The notes under the pieces: generated by a model
Database searches by the model: none
What the model was told of the DNA's origin: nothing
Seen by the model: only the letters and a program-made list of their open reading frames with translations
In this document: positions 62,601 to 64,000 of the stretch, piece after piece
Layout: each line of letters starts with the position of its first letter
How positions within the stretch are numbered: position 1 is the first letter of the stretch
NCBI GenBank assembly: GCA_001643675.2
Contig: LSRY02000053.1
Span: forward strand, 496,001-560,000
Direction: 5' to 3'
DNA length: 64,000 nucleotides
DNA from: Monocercomonoides exilis PA203
Taxonomy: Eukaryota; Protista; Preaxostyla
Translations under genes and position numbers: made by a program

Positions 62601-64000
62601 GCGAATTTGAGATCACTCATATTCTCTGTTCCATCTACTCTTCCAAATCACGAAATATTCTTCAGTTCTTCATCACAATCATTTTCGTTTGATAGCTGCT
62701 CACTGAGTTTTCAAGATTCCCAATCAGCGTTGTCTTATGTGTTTTTGTCCGTATCAGCAGGTGATGTGTCTGTTTCATCTTTTGTTGTATTATCCTTGAT
62801 AATTGGGAACTGTCCGCTGGTCAATCTTGATGGAAGAAATGCTGCTGGCACATTCACCTCCATAAGTGTTGAGGATATGAGTTCGATAGCTAATAGTGTT
62901 TTGTTTGGAGTGGCTAATGGAGCATCTTTAACGATTAAAGATTCAACACTTTCAGTGAAAGCATATTCACAAAAAGATTTGCCATCCGAATCAATTCGAG
63001 TGATTTGCACAAATTCTGCCAAGTTTTTGAAGCTCACAAGCAATAAAATCAGTGGATTCAAAGGAGATGGAGAAAATGGAGGAGCAGTCGAATGCACGCT
63101 TTGGAAGGAATGCTCTCTGGAAATAGATGGAGGGATGATGTCTGGGTGTGAGAGCAAAGGAGGAAATGGAGGAGGGTTGTGTGTTGAGATGGAAGAAGGA
63201 TCGGCATTCGCTGTGGGAAACATGACGAATGCTAACAAAGTGAATGAAATAACTTCAAATGTTGAAAGTAATTTGTTTCAACTTGAGAACTGCAAGGCAA
63301 TGCAAACAGCAGATGGAGGGTGTGGATATGGAGGAGGGATTTATCTTCATTTGGCTGATGGGACAAGCTCATTCACTTTGAAGGATGTTTCATTTTCTGG
63401 ATGTGATGCTCAAGAAGGGAAAGAAATCTTCATCAATGTAAATGATCTTTGGCTTGTGATTGACAGGAGATCGATTGGATTTGAGGTTGATTTGAACAAT
63501 TTTTCAAAATTGAATGGATTTGAGAGATCAACGCTAAACGAGGCATTTGCAATACCGCTGGTGGTGTATTTGTGGGATAACTTTTCTAAATCTGCCTTCG
63601 TCGGAGGATTATCAAGCCATGATTTTTCGAAGTGTGGATTTGAAGAGTTTCCATGTTCATCCATTTCAAAGGCAGTCACAATCCATTTTGAAGGGAAGAA
63701 AAAGAATGTTGCTCTTCTTGAGCCATTTGTCTTTGAGGAGGAATTGGGGATGACTTCAAATGAATGGAGCATTGCATCCAAAGAGAATGAAATGAAGTGT
63801 GAAGTTTCTGATCAGAAAAAGGGAACACAAAATGGATTGATTGAAAGCTCAGTCAGTGCGTCAATGACTGGTATTGTATTTTCTTTGAGGAAATCACTGA
63901 TATCTCATGAAAGTGTATTTGAGTGTCATTCAGGGAAGCTCACACTGAATGAGTGTGGAATTGAAGGAGGGTCTGAGTCTATATCAGCGGTGTTTGTGAA
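59697..64000 (+). CDS. Second beta-helix receptor paralogue, runs off the window end (absent from the ORF track because no stop is reached)
   Basis: Read codon by codon from ATG 59697 (MKHKNVIFRYQTIMNILFLKVFCCLK; alternative ATG 59736) with no stop to 61305, then matches the open frame of the 47780..52318 ORF; ECGGALYVHD, YGGGIFA, NDGGGISVW, FCFFHNNFA, EWLP. Confidence 0.88.
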   Translation, partial: MKHKNVIFRYQTIMNILFLKVFCCLKNSNEIIKSQDSFFLQNGCEKPTTNCANIFETGAYYKEKEHNYFESSNNQSLIVSNPSNFGAFLTEIKCNVKETNSTIRVLSLRFKSFVSKNIISIDTCSKCNFEQITIAASKNMKVSPFHCLGLFNLFNVSYQSPKYQPMSSLFSTSLTASLILSESTFSNNVILNCGSILHSGCCNSEVISKCSFFNITRYHLTNYEKERCGILKSVLDNCHICDLTNALEGGIICGTVHSSSFSSTNSSFINNMRIENLLNKKNRLSTTETQFFELSEWINETAECGGALYVHDSPNTTLSVHNSSFFYCKATKTYGGGIFAKNVSEVATNNSIFKNCSCAMLESDGGGGGSCFNKILINAFASNCLFEDCWSGNDGGGISVWYCSCQIQDACLIGCLFNNCSGNSETSSAGGACDIVYNFLKKCCISCCFMNSVSKNGGGAMYVDDNMISQEMQLFFCFFHNNFAKTVGHDVILLNAIKNLIDETCVSTRSMNNRVTTSWSIESDKSEWLPNNFNNFRFVTSIQNHSNAKDTYSCGLNESCACLTISHCLTQMIVGFVEEIKVLSGIVVEGKGIDVGEKTITVNGISPAGSSIETNFKGNGLCLFCVGTGELSVSDLSVVHNTSYENNRQCRLFEVEGSGLMDVKRMNISMDAAHSEERSIQNSLVKVDGGELKMLDVRWGRTFGTTSVISLSQGSSASLYLDNGVFSNIVRTTAGSSLMSVGEGSQLITVEGCTIDESGSVDSDFGGGVMIEMGNVGSLTMNGGVIRNCYASTIQGRGGGIGLKVKDTDAEFQISSAFEGNRAKWGSDIFVDSINLESIAKSGKITLLTASFETINKIRGLDNGDDSIPIPLCAYLISLPDEIFVSNIDAFNHSLCGFAEFPCLTLKHCLTRQEEEKKIVIDGMIEVKNELTFDSLKHTIRGKDGNSGWKVIDDSDGSEGSMITVDTNANLRSLIFSVPSTLPNHEIFFSSSSQSFSFDSCSLSFQDSQSALSYVFLSVSAGDVSVSSFVVLSLIIGNCPLVNLDGRNAAGTFTSISVEDMSSIANSVLFGVANGASLTIKDSTLSVKAYSQKDLPSESIRVICTNSAKFLKLTSNKISGFKGDGENGGAVECTLWKECSLEIDGGMMSGCESKGGNGGGLCVEMEEGSAFAVGNMTNANKVNEITSNVESNLFQLENCKAMQTADGGCGYGGGIYLHLADGTSSFTLKDVSFSGCDAQEGKEIFINVNDLWLVIDRRSIGFEVDLNNFSKLNGFERSTLNEAFAIPLVVYLWDNFSKSAFVGGLSSHDFSKCGFEEFPCSSISKAVTIHFEGKKKNVALLEPFVFEEELGMTSNEWSIASKENEMKCEVSDQKKGTQNGLIESSVSASMTGIVFSLRKSLISHESVFECHSGKLTLNECGIEGGSESISAVFV

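Noticed and set aside
1-64000. Alternative genetic code (TAA/TAG = Gln, as in some oxymonads)
   Set aside because: The multi-kb ORFs contain no in-frame TAA/TAG while using CAA/CAG freely, and intact genes end in TAG, TAA or TGA; the internal stops are confined to decayed elements.
1-64000. CRISPR arrays, rRNA, tRNA
   Set aside because: None recognised by eye; a tRNAscan/Rfam run would be needed to exclude small RNAs.

Overview
AT-rich eukaryotic genomic DNA with spliceosomal introns and the standard genetic code. Gene style suggests an oxymonad such as Monocercomonoides (inference, no database check). One conserved housekeeping gene: a TRAPPC8/Trs85 homologue inflated by poly-Ser tracts to ~5,340 aa (7 predicted exons, 23908-40908, one probable GC-AG intron). 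The rest is accessory DNA. (i) Two degenerate DIRS-type tyrosine-recombinase retrotransposons (RT/RNase H, Dam-like methylase, YR). The second is full-length with 49-bp ITRs and an internal complementary region; both carry a 92-nt three-stem hairpin of the same shape but different sequence, and a YxxK variant of the YR HxxR motif. (ii) A pogo/DDE_1 transposase pseudogene, a Merlin/IS1595-type transposase pseudogene and several MITEs. (iii) An intronless P-loop GTPase/coiled-coil gene. (iv) A family of Cys-rich GGA(I/L/V)/FxxN beta-helix surface receptors with a C-terminal pseudokinase. The two large divergent paralogues have different N-terminal ~500 aa and then become apparently identical at a sharp breakpoint. 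Between them lies a 3.85-kb non-autonomous element (148-bp perfect TIRs, 8-bp TSD, GG ends) carrying a fragment of the same receptor family, ~1 kb from the Merlin transposase. Best candidate for an undescribed system: 'Pack-Merlin' gene capture plus domain shuffling that diversifies surface receptors.
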